Source: Octopus vulgaris
Lineage: Eukaryota
Assembly: GCA_951406725.2 (NCBI GenBank)
Contig: OX597816.1
Location: 166,966,001-167,030,000, forward strand
Direction: 5' to 3'
DNA: 64,000 nt
The translations under genes and the position numbers were made by a program. Positions 40,508-54,647 of the stretch are shown here, piece by piece. The first letter of the stretch is position 1. Each line of letters opens with the position of its first letter. The notes beneath the pieces were generated by a model, which made no database searches, was not told where the DNA came from, and was given only the letters and a program-made list of their open reading frames with translations.

Positions 40508-41985
40508 TATTATACATATATTCACAACCAGGTGGAAACTATAAGAATATTCTGGAAAAGATGTGAATGTCAGGTACGATGGAACCATTGACAGATGAGA
40601 AAGCAAGAAAATAAAGACAATACAATAATCAAAACTCTAAGCCTACAAGAAACATTTCGCCCACAACACCTTTGTCGTTCCTATCCTGACACCTACATTT
40701 CTCTACTTGAAGACATAAATGTAAGAACGTTGCAATATGAATGTAAGAAGTTGGAAACTACTTCGTATAGCTGAAAATTTCAATATCAATGTGTACATAG
40801 ATTATATTCCCCACACAAGGAGGGTAGTCGTAAGTCTGTATTAACTTTATATGAAATCCAGATTTTGACAGTGAATTAACATTTCCAGCAGAAATAAAAA
40901 GAGGTCAGCAACTTTCACGTTCAAGCTTTTGAACACAAAAACATAAACATCATTAGTATAGCTAATAAGCTGGAGAATAAAGATGAAATAAAAGCTAACA
41001 CAGATCTCTCTCCAAGGAACGTTAAAAATTTAATTAACACTACAAAAAAAAAACCCGACCCGCTCATTACGAAGGGTACTTAAAACAAAAACAGACCACA
41101 GAAGGAGTAGCCAACACAAAATGTATAACACTCAACACGAACAAGTTTATAACATCTCACCTCTGTCCAGAAGTAAGGAATCTTAACGGAGAGTCGAGAA
41201 GATTCTTTAGTTTTGCTGAGGTTGTGACAAACTCACTAGTGATGGTGCTATAATAAAATGCATTCAATACTTTCTGTAAAATGGCCAGTGTCACCTAGTA
41301 AGGTAATATTTACTCATGGCTGGGTATGTTTCCATGGAAAATTAGAAACGATTGATACTGCTTGTTTGACGGTGATATTCGTTTACAACTACCACAATGT
41401 CAAAATAGGGAGGCACATACAAACACATGACAGGTTTCTTTCAGTTTCTGCCTACCAAATTTACTTTTGGTCACCCCAGGGCTATTGTAGAGAGCACTTG
41501 TCCAAGGTGCCATGCAGTGGGACTGAACCCGAACTACATGGGAAGCAATCTTCTTAACTAAACAGCCATGCCTTCAACGGACTTTTCCACGCGTACCTGA
41601 CACGGACAGACCGATAGACACACATATTTAATGACATATTTAATGAAGTTCAAATATTCAAGATTTCAATTTACTACAGTTTCATCTATTGAATATTCAG
41701 TAATGAGCAATTATTGAAGAAACATTGGTTCCAAATTTTGGGAAGGGTTAAGTTGACCCTGGCGGTGTTTGAACTCAAAACGTAAAGTCGGAAGAAATGC
41801 TGCTAAGCATTTTGTCCAACGCGGTAACGATTCTGCAAACTCGCAACCTTAGTTATTGAAGGAATATTGCATATTACAATAAGAGATGGTTTGAGGAAGA
41901 CGGGGGAGATATATGTAGAGGGGGGATAAAGTTGCAAGGGGTGAAGATGTCAACAGTGAAGCATACAGACCAAGACATACAAGTA

Positions 41986-42213
41986 CAGTAATCTCTCGAC
42001 TATCGCGGGTGTTACTTTCCAAAACCACCCACCGCGATATGTGAAAATTCGCAAAACAGAGACAGTACTGTACTGTATATTTTTTTATCATTATTTTTAT
42101 AATTTGTATTATATTTATTTTATCATAAATGCAAAACAACACCAAGGAGGAATCGACGTAAGCTTAAATAATAAACTGCGATGGGTGAACCGCGATATGG
42201 CGAAGGATTGCTG
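41986..42213. mobile_element. pogo/Tigger-like MITE
   Basis: TA|CAGTAATCTCTCGACTATCGCGG ... CCGCGATATGGCGAAGGATTGCTG|TA. Confidence 0.75.
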
Positions 42214-42418
42214 TAGCATGGTTCGAAATTGTACAAGAAACAAAAAAGCAAAAAAAAAAGAGACAGGTGAGGAAACAACTAACAAGGTGTATTAGTTTAA
42301 TGTCTAGAAATAACGGAAAAAAGTCTTTGATGTTTCGATCGAGCCGACGCTCTTCTGCAAAAACAAACGAGGAGAGAAAACCAAAAGGAGAAAAAAATAA
42401 CGTGTCTGGATTAATTGA

Positions 42419-42579
<161 letters not shown>

Positions 42580-42746
42580 GTATATATATGTACGTATGCA
42601 TGTTTATATGTATGCATATATATGTGCATATATATATATGTATGTATATATATGCACATATATATATATTTATATATATATATTTGTATGTATATATATG
42701 CACATATATATATATTTATATATATATTTATATATATATAAATATA

Positions 42747-42980
42747 TATTTCTTTACTGCCCACAAGGGGCTAAACATAGAAGGGACGAACAAGGACAGA
42801 CAAAGGGATTAAGTCGATTACATCGACCCCAGTGCGTAACTGGTACTTAATTTATCGACCCCGAAAGGATGAAAGGCAAAGTCGACCTCGGCGGATTTTG
42901 AACCCAGAACACTTAACGGCAGACGAAATACGGCTAAGCATTTCGCCCGGCGTGCTAACGTTTCTGCCAGCTCGCCGCCC
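42747..42980 (-). mobile_element. SINE family A monomer in TA-rich tract
   Basis: Full head-to-tail consensus. Confidence 0.85.
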
Positions 42981-43051
42981 TATATATAAATATATATATA
43001 TAAATATATATATATAAATATATATATATGTGCATATATATATATATATAT

Positions 43052-43309
43052 GAAAAAACAAGTCAAGATAGAAAATGCTAAGATAATTTTATAAAGAACA
43101 TTTCAGAGACAGAGAAAGGCAGAAACAAGGAAAATGCTACTTATATTTGAACACTATACAAATATTCCTTTAAAAAAACTTTTCTTTTAATTTTTCTAAA
43201 TTTAATTATTTAATCGTTACAGTTGAAAAGATCTCAAAATGACCGAAACCGGTACTGAAATGTTCTTTATAAAATTATTTTAGCATTTTCTATCTTGACT
43301 TATTTTTTC
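43052..43309 (+). mobile_element. Fold-back element (arms ~43052-43115 / 43255-43309) with U3-A8 HHR variant at 43220-43257
   Basis: CAG-TTGAAAA-GATC tcaaaat GACC-GAAA-CCGG-TA-CTG, with TA-microsatellite flanks. Confidence 0.7.
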
Positions 43310-43345
43310 ATATATATCAACTCGTGTGTTCCTTTTCACCCTTAT

Positions 43346-43388
<43 letters not shown>

Positions 43389-44176
43389 CTACATATCTGA
43401 GAAATTCTGATGTGGGTGTGTTTCTGGTATTGTTAGGTAACTCCTATATCGTTTTATCGATTTTGATGAAACTTGACACGTGAGTAGAACTCATGTCTGG
43501 AAACCTCATGGCATACTCAGATTGTTGAAAAAAATCGATAATAGGGCTCCTGGAAGAGATCCTTATATACATATAATATGTTTTATTTTAAAAACCAAGG
43601 GAAATGACCCATTCGCCCCTTGAAGGGATCCTTATACATAACCAAGGGAAATAACAATTCATTTTCCTAAATCATTTGCTAAAAATGAAATTGAGTATAC
43701 TTATTTCTTAGTATTTAAACTGTTAGAGTTATTTTCGCAATTTATCCAGTACAACCCTTAAACAAGTAAATCGTATTTTCCTAAACAATAGATCCACTTA
43801 TTTTGGTTAGTGACTTAATCACGAATATATCAACACTAGCGCCACTGGGGGTAATATTCTCTGGGAACGCACAAAAGCCTTTTTCAGATTTATTTACTTT
43901 GAATTGTTATTATCTCATATCTGGTTAACCTGTTATTACGTAACATGCTTCACGATTTTAGTATACATACCTTAATAGTATTTCCTCCTATGTTCTATAT
44001 ACTCTGAGAACGCATTAAAACCCTTTTCGAGGCTACTTTACTTGAATTCTTACAATTGGGTAACTAATTTCATGTAACTAACTTCACAATTTGGGCATTC
44101 ATAACTTATTGGGAATTCCTAAAAACAAGATCCTGGGTAAGATAGTTCGGTATTCTCTGTAAATGCATAAAAACCG

Positions 44177-44241
<65 letters not shown>

Positions 44242-44264
44242 CATATATATATATACATATATAT

Positions 44265-44630
44265 TCTTTTATTCTTTTACTTGTTCAGTCATTTGACAGC
44301 GGCCATGCTGGAACACCGCCTTTTACAGTCGAAGAAAGCGACTCCAAAACTTATTCTTTGTAAGCCTAGTACTTATTCTATCGGTCTCTAATGCAGAACC
44401 ACTAATTTACAAGTACATAAACACACCAACGTCGGCTGTCAAGCGATGGTGGAGGGACAAACAGACACAAAAACACACACATAAATATACACACGCACAC
44501 ACATACGACGGGCTTCTTTCAGTTTCCGTCTACTAAATCCACTCACAAGGCTTTGGTCGGCCCGAGGCTATAGTGGAAGATAATTCTCCAAAGTGCCAGG
44601 CAGTAGGACTGAACCCAGGACCATATGGTT
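44265..44630 (-). mobile_element. SINE family B
   Basis: Reverse family-B consensus. Confidence 0.8.
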
Positions 44631-45466
44631 CACACATACACACACACGTATGGTTCAAAATTATACAAAAAACAATTAAATACAAAAGACAGAGCCAGGT
44701 GAAGGAACAATAAAAAAAAAGTTGTATTAGTTTGACGCTTAAGAAAATTGGAAGAATCTTAGACGTTTCGAACCTACGCTCTTCTACAGAAAGGTGAGAG
44801 AAAAGAAAACAGATGGGGAGAATTTAAAAAGAAAAACGTGCTTGGATTAATAGTTGCGCATGTTGAATACAAGTAGTAGTGCAGTAGTGGTGGTGGTGGT
44901 GGTGGTGGCGACGGCGATGGTCGTAATAGTGATGTTGTTGTAGATAGTGGTGATGGTGATAGAGACGGTGACCATGATATTAGTAGAGTTGGTGGTGGTG
45001 GTGGTAGCGGTGGCGATGATGGTGGTGATAATAAAGGTAACGGTCATAGGAGTGATATCAATGGTGGTGGTGGTGGTGGCAGTCATAATAATGGTTGCAG
45101 ATCCGCTTGTGGTGCTGGTGGCGGCGGTGATGTTATTCTCCTCCACCCCACCACTGGATTACCTACTGCTACTGGTATTTCTTATAAAGTTATAAACAGT
45201 ACATAAATCAGGGTGGCCACTAAACTGCCTTCTGACATTAAAACTGAATAATGGCCGTTTTCTTCTTATAACATAACATTTACTGTTTTTAGTAGAGGTC
45301 GGCATGGGTGGAGACGGGGTAAATATGGTTGCACGATCCGTGTTTATTTTGTTGCTGTTGTTGACTTCTAAGTCTTCTTCCTGTCTCCTCCTACTTCCCC
45401 TCCTTTATCTCCTCCTCTTCCTTCCCATTGTTCTCCTCCTCCGCCTACTCCTCATTGTCGTCATCG

Positions 45467-45516
<50 letters not shown>

Positions 45517-46197
45517 TTCTCAAGTATTTTGGTCCCCAGACAATGATGTTAAGTGGTATATTCTTAACTGTCAGCATGGTGTAGTTGATAAGGTGGTTCG
45601 CTAGTTGGTTGGGCGGGTGGACACTGACGAGGGTAAGGGAAGCTCCGTTTCGTCCTCACCCCCATCTTCTTTCCCCCCACCCAACTCCCGCCGTAGCCGC
45701 CACCATCACCCCCTCCACAGAAGAATTGATCGTATATTCTAGGTGTCAGCATGATGTAGTTGACAAGGTGTTAGCCGAGTCAATGTGAACCGAAGTGGGT
45801 GGTAGCATTATCTCGCTCTAGGTGGCAATGGAATTACTTGTGATGCAGGGGTAGCTGCGTGGTTAAGAGGCTTCTTTTCTGAACGAGATGGTTCTGGGTT
45901 CAGTCTCACAGCGTGGCACCTTGGGCAAGAGTGTTTTATTCTCAACCATTTTTTTTTTACCCATGGTCAACTTTTACTCTTTTACTTGTTTGCCATTTGA
46001 CTGCAGCCATGCTGGAGCACCGCCTTTAGTCGAACGTTTCGACCCCAGGACTTACTCTTTATAAGCCTAGTACTTATTCTATCGGTCTTTTTTGCCGAAC
46101 CACTAAGTTACGGGTACATAAACACACTGACATCGCTTGCCAAACGATGGTGGGGGCCTGACAAACACAGACACACAAACATATACATACACACACA

Positions 46198-46234
<37 letters not shown>

Positions 46235-46298
46235 AATATAAAGAAACATTGATCATAGAACAAACATGAAATTCGAGTCAGCGACTTTATATATAACA

Positions 46299-46730
46299 CT
46301 GCTAAGTATTTCGCCCGGCGTACTAACCTTTCTTTTCTATTCTAGACATAAGGCCCGAAATTGGGGGCGGGGGGGCAGTCGATTAGATCGACTCCAGTAC
46401 GCAACTAGTACTTAATTTATCGACACCGAAAGGATGAAAAGCAAAGTCGACCTCGGCGGAACTTGAACTCAGAAAGTAAAGACAGACGAAATACCTATTT
46501 CTTTACTATCCACAAAGGGCTAAACACAGAGAGGACAAACAAACAAGAACAGACAAACGGATTAAGTCGATTACATCGATCCCAGTGCGTAACTGGTCCT
46601 TAATTTATTGATCCCGAACGGATGAAAGGCAAAGTCGACCTCGGCGGAATTTGAACTCAGAACGTAGCGGCAGACGAAATACGGCTACGCATTTGGCCCG
46701 GCGTGCTAACGTTTCTGCCAGCTCGCCGCC
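46299..46730 (-). mobile_element. SINE family A dimer (two tail variants) plus head fragment
   Basis: Junction GAAATACCTATTTC at ~46488-46501. Confidence 0.8.
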
Positions 46731-46789
46731 TTCATAACATCTTTATTATTGTCGCACTACTTTCTGCGCATGCGTGCTTATAGTTGGTA

Positions 46790-47238
46790 CTATTGTGGTC
46801 ACATGATCAAGTTTGAGTCTGTTGCACCATTTTTCTTTCTGACTTTACAGTGTAAGCATGCCCGCTCCACTAGCAATGTGCGACAAAGAAGAACAAAGAG
46901 TAGCGACCTGTGAGATGGTAGTGGTGAGCCGGTTCACCCTGCCTTCTCTTGAACTTGCTGAATCTTCTCGTCAGTGGTGGATGTTAACGGGAGTCCTGCT
47001 CCCTCTTCGCGCGTCACGCTTCACCGACCACTTTTAAACTTCTCGATACACTCATACACACTTCTGTCTGCCCTCGATGAATTTCAGCACATGACACACC
47101 TTTCGACAAGAGAAATCGGATCACTGCTCTTTGTTCTTCTTTGTTGCACGTTGTTAGTGGAGCGGCAATGCTTACACTGTAAAGCCAGAAAGAAAAATGG
47201 AGCGATCAGGCTTAAACTTGATCACGTGGCCACAATAG
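46790..47238 (-). mobile_element. Mariner-derived non-autonomous element with ~120-bp TIRs
   Basis: TA|CTATTGTGGTCACATGATCAAGTTT ... AAACTTGATCACGTGGCCACAATAG|TA. An internal minus-strand remnant SVYECIEKFKSGR*SVTREEGAGLPLTSTTDEKIQQV matches the mariner HTH/GRP region. Confidence 0.8.
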
Positions 47239-47494
47239 TATTATTATTATTATTATTGAACAAGATGTTCGAATGCAAGATGATCACACATCGAAAATTA
47301 TTTTGTATGGCCAACAAGCAGAGGGATACCGCGATAAAGGAAGACCCATCCTTAGGTATAAGGGTAAGTTGAAACAATCACTAAGATCCCTACAGCTTAA
47401 TTTAACATCATGGGCAAGTGTCTTCTGTTATAGCCTCGGGCTATAGCAGAGTGTGAGTGTGGATTTGATAGACGGAAACTGAAATAAACCCGTC

Positions 47495-47567
<73 letters not shown>

Positions 47568-47570
<3 letters not shown>

Positions 47571-47904
47571 TCCTTTGGACATTTACCCTCCGGTTGCACC
47601 TCTCCTACCTATGGATTACTGTGGACTTTACTCTTGATGAAAAATCCTTTCAATACACCACGACGTCAAAACCTTTGAACTTTACGTAAAACTTTATTTT
47701 TATACTTTCTAAACTTTCCTGTATTTTCTGGTCTTTCCTTTTATCGCTCCATGTTTCTCACCGTGTTTTTTCTGTGTCCCTTTCTGTAGAAGAGCGTAGG
47801 CTCGAAACGTAAAAGACTTTTTCTATTCCTGAGCGTTATACTAATACATCTGGGGTTTTTTTGTACACCACCTGTCTTCGTCTTTTGTTTTTTTCGTAAA
47901 CTCT

Positions 47905-47908
<4 letters not shown>
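47568..47908 (+). mobile_element. PLE-type 3' end with HHR-like motif (47780-47815) inserted in the TA tract of a family-B SINE
   Basis: CTTT-CTGTAGA-A-GAGC gtag GCTC-GAAA-CG-TA-AAAG. Siblings lie on the - strand at 42325-42363 and 44758-44793. Confidence 0.6.
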
Positions 47909-47941
<33 letters not shown>

Positions 47942-48489
47942 TAAAATAGAACATATGCATATATATAAACATATATGTACGTACCTACCTCTACATGTAC
48001 ATATACACGCATATATGTGTACAGGACACCAAAAAGACGTCGAACACATAGAGAGACGAAAAACATAGACACAAACCAAGGAACAAGACAAGCAAAAAAA
48101 AAAAAAGAGATACAGGACAATAAGCACAACGAAAAATCCCCTTCTTCAGTCGCTAAGGTTTCATCTACTAAACGTTTATATATATATAAACACACACACA
48201 CATACATACATATATGTATATGTGTTTATGTCCCCGTAACTTAACGGTTCGGCAAAAGAGACCAAAAGAGTAATATCCAGCAATAAACAGAAATATTTTT
48301 CTGATCCCAGGCAAAATCAAATTCATTCAGTGTCCCCATTGTGACTCCTTAGCAAATTCCATTCACGATCCATCACAAATAGATGCAGCTTTTTTTTTAA
48401 AATTTTAACCCTTTATTGTTTTAAATCCTCTCCTTCAAACATTCATATGAGGAAATCGACGGGTGTGACCATCAGTATAATTATTATTG

Positions 48490-48815
48490 ATGTGTGACCG
48501 TGGAAAAAATGGTTAGAGCGAATAGCTCTACTCTAAGTTTGCACCTGTAGAAGAGAGGGTTCGTATCTTTGGTGGTCAAGGTAATCCTGGATCTGTGGGG
48601 TTTTTTGATTGGTCTGTATTGGAGTTTCTCCAGTATTAGGGGAGCTGCATCATTCATATTATCACATACTTTTGTATACTGTGCATTCATTTATCACATT
48701 TCATTGCCTTTGCCATTTCTTTCTCCCCATTCTTTATGTAATTCCCTACACAAATTGTCTGTTCGTATGATGTCCCCCTTATCTATGCCCCTGTGGCTAA
48801 TAGGAGAAATTATTA
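48490..48815 (+). mobile_element. Probable L1/Tx1-type LINE 3' end (last ORF2 codons + 3' UTR)
   Basis: ..VTVEKMVRANSSTLSLHL* is followed by a UTR ending CCCCTGTGGCTAATAGGAGAAAT(TAT)n. The family assignment is from memory only. Confidence 0.35.
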
Positions 48816-50898
48816 TTGTAATTATTGGATGAGATTGCAGCACACGCCATTAAAGTGGCGCTGGGGTACAAATATACGAAGCCCAAAATACTCATCATGA
48901 CTACCCGTCTGATAAGGGTACACCAGGCATGTGCATCATAGCCATATGTGCGCGACGCAGTGACCTCATATCAAGATAAACAGCGCGTAACCTTGCAGGG
49001 GAGGGGGACCCAGTTGGAATTTTCGTCAGGTTGAGTAACCCGAGAGTCTGTCGTATTTTGACATCATGTAACTGTTGTAAATGAGCATCACCGTCATACA
49101 AGTAATATCGTTCATTTCTAGTCTTTCATGAAAAACATATCTGGCCATTGGAAAATATCACCTCTCTTGGAAACGGGTGAGGGTTGGTGACAGAAAGCGC
49201 ATCCGGTCTTAGAAACTCTGCAGCAATAGATTTTGTCCGGCCCACGCAAGCATGGCAAATTGAACATATAAATGATGATGATGAGGAGGATTATGTACTT
49301 TATTTTTAAGACTTACTAGCAGATATTGAAAATGTACTTTGCAGAATTCCCATTCAAGCTGGATTTCTCCTTCGTTAACAAATTCACATCAAACAAACTC
49401 GAAATAATCAACAGTAATTAAGAGGCTGATTACGATCAGAATCTTGATGGTTGCTCTCAAAGCAAGCACTTCTTTTCTGAAAAATTCTTCACTGACATTT
49501 CTGCTTTTGAAAGCCAACCTAATGAGATTCCTCTCCAAATTATCCCTGAATCCCCGAGAGCCAATTTATTCGGTATAGTTGCAGAGTCGAAGAATTGCAC
49601 ATGTATTTTATTCCAGTGACAATATTTTTTTATATTTTCATAAACTCATCGTTTCTAAGCATGTTTTGCGTCGCATTCCTATTCCACATATTTAGGAAAC
49701 ATCTAAACATCTGTTTCTCTCTCTCCCCTGTCTCTCTCTCTATATCTCTCTCTCCCCTGTCTCTCTCTCTATATCTCTCTCCCCTGTCTCTTTCTCTCTC
49801 TCTCTCTCTCTCGCATATTGCTAAATACTAAATACTTTCTCGGTTCAGTCCCCAGATACATATTTCTTATATCTGCTGGATTCTGTTTTTTCATGTGTTC
49901 CTCTTCATTCATATAGTTTGCATTATTTCTATTGTACACACACACGCACACACACATACACGTACGCACGCATACTTTTAAATATATTATTTCATATTTT
50001 CTTGATGTTGTGCTCTGCTACTTCAGTGATTCTGTTGACGTATTGCTTAACTAACTTTCCAGCCTTTTGTGTAATTCTAAATTGGCAGCTTACAAAACTA
50101 CACGTACGCCATCGTCGTCATCGTCTTCATCATCATCATCACCATCACCACCACCACCATCATTGTCAGCACCATCATTAGCGGAAGCGCAATGGCCCAG
50201 TGGTTAGGGCAGCGGACACGCGGTCGGAGGATCGCGGTTTCGATTCCCAGACCGGGCGTTGTGTGTGTTTATTGAGCGAAAATACCTAAAAGCTCCACGA
50301 GGCTCCGACAGGGTGTGGTGGCGACCCCTGTTGTACTCTTTCACTCCAACTTTCTCTCACTCTTTCTTCTTGTTTCTTGTCCCCGACTTCCTACGCAACC
50401 GCTGAGCCTGGATGCGCATTCATCCATCCATCGATGCTCTCGGTGTCGGGGGTTGACCCGCTTTCTCTTCTGCGGGTCTTACGAATAGCAAAGGACAACG
50501 TTTCGGACTTCTCCCACAACAGACAGCTCAACAAACAAACAAAGCACCATCATCACCACTATCATCATCATTGCCATCATTGTCATTGTGGTCGTCATCA
50601 TCATGATGATATATCATCGTTGTCGTAGCGTATACGTTTCCTATGGCTGGATGACCTTCCCAGTGCCAACCCTCCTCACCCAGCTAATAATCCCCGATTT
50701 CATCGAACAAGGAATAACTCGGACATGCTTTTGTGGCAGACTGCAAACAAATGAAACCACCCGTTAAAAAAATTTTTTTTTTTTTTGTCTCAGTGTAGAG
50801 GCTTTTGTCTACAATTACAACACACTTATCAGACGGGTAGTCATGATGGGTATATTGGGCTTCATATATTTGTATCCCGGCGTGTGTTGTTCTCTCTC

Positions 50899-50988
<90 letters not shown>

Positions 50989-50989
50989 A

Positions 50990-51002
50990 CAGATAGATAG
51001 AT

Positions 51003-51054
<52 letters not shown>

Positions 51055-51059
51055 GGATG

Positions 51060-51122
<63 letters not shown>

Positions 51123-51147
51123 GGATGGATAGATGGATGGATGAATG

Positions 51148-51194
<47 letters not shown>

Positions 51195-51220
51195 CAGACA
51201 GACAGACAGACAGACAGACA
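50990..51220. repeat. (GATA/GATG/GACA)n tetranucleotide array following (CT)n(CA)n
   Basis: Directly visible in the sequence. Confidence 0.95.
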
Positions 51221-51221
51221 A

Positions 51222-51622
51222 ACGGGTGAAATGCTCAGCGTATTTCGTCTGCCGCTGCGTTCTGAGTTCAAATTCCGCCGAGGTCGACTTTGCCTTTCAT
51301 CCTTTCGGGGTCGATTAAATAAGTACCAGTTATGCACTGGGGTTGATGTAATCGACTTAATCCCTTTGTCTGTCTTTGTTTGTCCCCTCTATGTCTAACC
51401 CCTTGTGGGCAATAAAGAAATGAGAAACGTTAGCACGCCGGGCGAAATGCTTTGCGGCTTTCGTCTGTCTTTATGTTCTGAGTTCAAATTCCGCCAAGGT
51501 CGACTTTACCTTTCATCGTTTTGGGGTCGATAAATTAAGTGCCAATTGCGTACTGGGGCCGATCTAATCGACTATCCCCCTCCCCCAAAATTTCGGGCTT
51601 TGTGCCTAGAGTAGAAAAGAAT
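51222..51622 (+). mobile_element. SINE family A dimer
   Basis: Two units, the second starting at AGAAACGTTAGC. Confidence 0.8.
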
Positions 51623-52406
51623 ATTCGTAACACTCCGTCGGATACCACGACTAGGGTTCCAGTTGATACGATCAACGGAACAGCCTGCTCGTGAAATTAA
51701 TGTGCAAGTGGCCGAGCACTCCACAGACACACGTAATCTTAACGTAGTTCTCTGGGAGATTCAGCGTGACACAGAGTGACAAGGCTGGCCCTTTGAAATA
51801 CAGATACTACAGAAACAGGAAGAAAGAGTGAGAGAAAGTTGGGGTGAAAGAGTACAGCAAGGTTCGCTACCACCTCCTGCCGGAGCCTCGTGGAGATTTA
51901 GGTGTTTTCGCTCAATAAACACGCACAACGCCCGGTCTGGGAGTCGAAACCGCGATCCTATGACTGCGTGTCCGCTGCTCTTATCACTGGGCCATTGCGC
52001 CTCCGCAGAAAGGAATATGCTTTCTCCTTGTACCCACCAATCAATCAGCTTTCCCTTTTTATTAATTTATCGTTTCGTTGTTGAGTCTCTAAACTGCAAA
52101 CATCTCCCCTCCCTCCCTCTCCCCCTCTCCCTTTAATTTTTTCTGTCACAACTTGTATAAGCACTTGAGAACTTAACATAAAGTTGGCCAAAGACAAAAC
52201 TGAAACAAACGATATATGCGGAGGAGCAGAGGAGAGGTTGTTGCTAAGAAACTGTTGGTTGCTTTGCTTGAATAGCTTTCATAGTACATTGGTGAATTTA
52301 TCGTAAAGGGGTAGCTTGACAAGGCTTTGTGATTAAAAAGCTCGCTTTGCAATCAACAGGTTTTGGTTTCAGTCTCACTGCGAGGTACCTTAGGCAAGTG
52401 TCTTCT

Positions 52407-52634
52407 TATTTCTTTACTACCCACAAGGGGCTACACACAGAGAGGACAAACAAGGACAGACAAACGGATTAAGTCGATTATATCGACCCCAGTGCGTAAC
52501 TGGTACTTCTTTAATCTACCCCGAAAGGATGAAAGGTAAAGTCGACCCTGGCGGAATTTGAACTCAGAACGTAACGGCTGATGAAATACGGCTACGCATT
52601 TCGCCCGGCGTGCTAACGTTTCTGCCAACTCGTC
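52407..52634 (-). mobile_element. SINE family A inserted into the CORE-like region of a family-B SINE
   Basis: 13-bp TSD GCAAGTGTCTTCT at 52394-52406 and 52635-52647. Confidence 0.88.
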
Positions 52635-54216
52635 GCAAGTGTCTTCTGCTGTAGCCCGAGTACCAACCAATGCTTTATGAGTGAATTTGTAGATGGAAAC
52701 TGTACAGAATCCCGGAGTATACATGTGTGTGTGTGTGTGTGTGTCCTCCACATTGCTTGCTAACTTGTGGTAGTTTGTTTACGCCCCTTTTATTTAGCGA
52801 TCCAGTAAAAAGAGGATAGAATAGGCAACAGATTTCAAAAAACTAGTACTAGGGTCAATTTGTTTGACTAAACCCTTCAAGCAGTGCCCCAGCATGGCCG
52901 CGGTCCTGTTCAAAAACTGGAATAAATGAAAGGTAAAAGATATCTATATACATATACTTTTCTACTCTAGGCACAAGTCCCAAAATTTATTTTGGGGGTG
53001 GGGGGCTAGTCGATTAGATCGGCTCCAGTAGCAATTGGTACTTAATTTATCGACACCGAAAGGATGAAAGGCAAAATCGACCTCGGCGGGATATCTATAT
53101 ACATATACACACAACGACAGGCTTCTGATAGTTTCTGTCTACAAATTTACTTTGGTCAGTCTGGGATGGTTATAGAATACACTTGCCTAAGGTGCCATGC
53201 AGTAGGACTGAACCCCAAATCACGTGGTTGTGAAGTGAACCGCTCAACCACACAGCCAAAGCCATAAGTGTACCAAATTTTAATTGTAAATCCAGGAATT
53301 ATCTCCCCTGCCTTCCTGGTCCAGAATTAATCATTAACGTAATGATGTTTCCTCCTCACTACTGGGGCATTTTTAATTAATCAAAATTCCTTGGTTCTCT
53401 AAATTTCATATGTTAGCACCCAATTTGCCACTCGTCTTTATTTTTGACGTAGAATCTTAGACTTTAGGACTTCACAAAACCCATGTGGTTACCATTTCAA
53501 AGACAGTATGGAATGTATGCAAGGAGGATTGGTTGCTCGCAGAAAATATATCAAAGCCAAGAACACTCCTTCCTATTGCTTGGCAGCTTATTTTGCTGAC
53601 ACATCAAACTCAGATCTCACCCTCAACTTTCTCTTCATTCTAATTCTTGAAGCAATTAAGGAAGAATTATAAATTGGCTGCCTACGTAAAGAATTCTATG
53701 TGCAAACAATTCAATTCTCAAGACAGATACAATACAAGGAATATAAAATATCATTGAAAAGTTTCCTATGCCAATTAGCAACTCTAAAATAATCCACACA
53801 AATAATAAGAAAGTAAAACAGCCGAACAGCTCCAAAGGAATAGCCATGGTCAATATGAAGAATATGTTGGCAATAGGGGTGAATCCCCTAACCTTAAGGG
53901 TCACAGTATAATTGTGCAAGAGTTTACTTTTCGTTTTGCCTCTGTTTTTCCATGCTAGCATGGGTTAGATGGCTATATTATTGAAGCATTGCTTTACAGC
54001 TGGATGCCCTTGCTGTCATTAACCCTTGTTGGAAACATTAAAGGATCTCTTATTTTACATGTTTTTTTAATGGAATTTGTTGAAAGTTCATAAGAATTAC
54101 AGTATCATTTATAGCTTGCAGCTTTTGCATAGCACAAATGTAAACGAATACACAAACATACACATTTCTACGTGTGTTTCTGTGACCCTGTGAACCAATC
54201 ACTTCAATAACACCAT

Positions 54217-54449
54217 CCTATTTCTTTACTACCCACAAGGGGCTAAACACAGAAGGGACAGACAAGGACAGACAAACGGATTAAGTCGATTATATCGACT
54301 CCAGTGCGTAACTGGTACTTATTTAATCGACCCCGAAAGGATGAAAGGCAAAGTCGACCTCGGCGGAATTTGAACTCAGAACGTAGCGACAGACGAAATA
54401 CTGCTGAGAATTTCGCCCGGTGTGCTAACGTTTCTGCCAGCTCGCCGCC
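54217..54449 (-). mobile_element. SINE family A monomer
   Basis: 14-bp TSD TTCAATAACACCAT at 54203-54216 and 54450-54463. Confidence 0.9.
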
Positions 54450-54647
54450 TTCAATAACACCATACTGCTCGCATTTTTATACACAAGAGAGACATAGGCT
54501 ACAACAAAAAAGGAAGAGCAGTGACAAGCTCTGGTAGCCAGAGGGTCATGGGAATATCCGTAGAGGAGTATATCCAAAACAAGATAATTCAAAAAAATTG
54601 CGTGAAATGAACAATGTGATTGCAGAATACAAAAACACAAACTCTAC

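Noticed and set aside
43390-44160. Possible Helitron-like element
   Set aside because: The internal motif is suggestive but no clear 3' hairpin-CTRR terminus was found.
50182-50255. tRNA gene candidates (also 54880-54949, 24590-24658, 15000-15070)
   Set aside because: A/B boxes are present but the acceptor stem is not closed and the sequence continues into SINE bodies.
53656-53961. Hydrophobic 101-aa ORF
   Set aside because: It starts within a family-D repeat and has no recognisable family. It is consistent with T-rich compositional bias.
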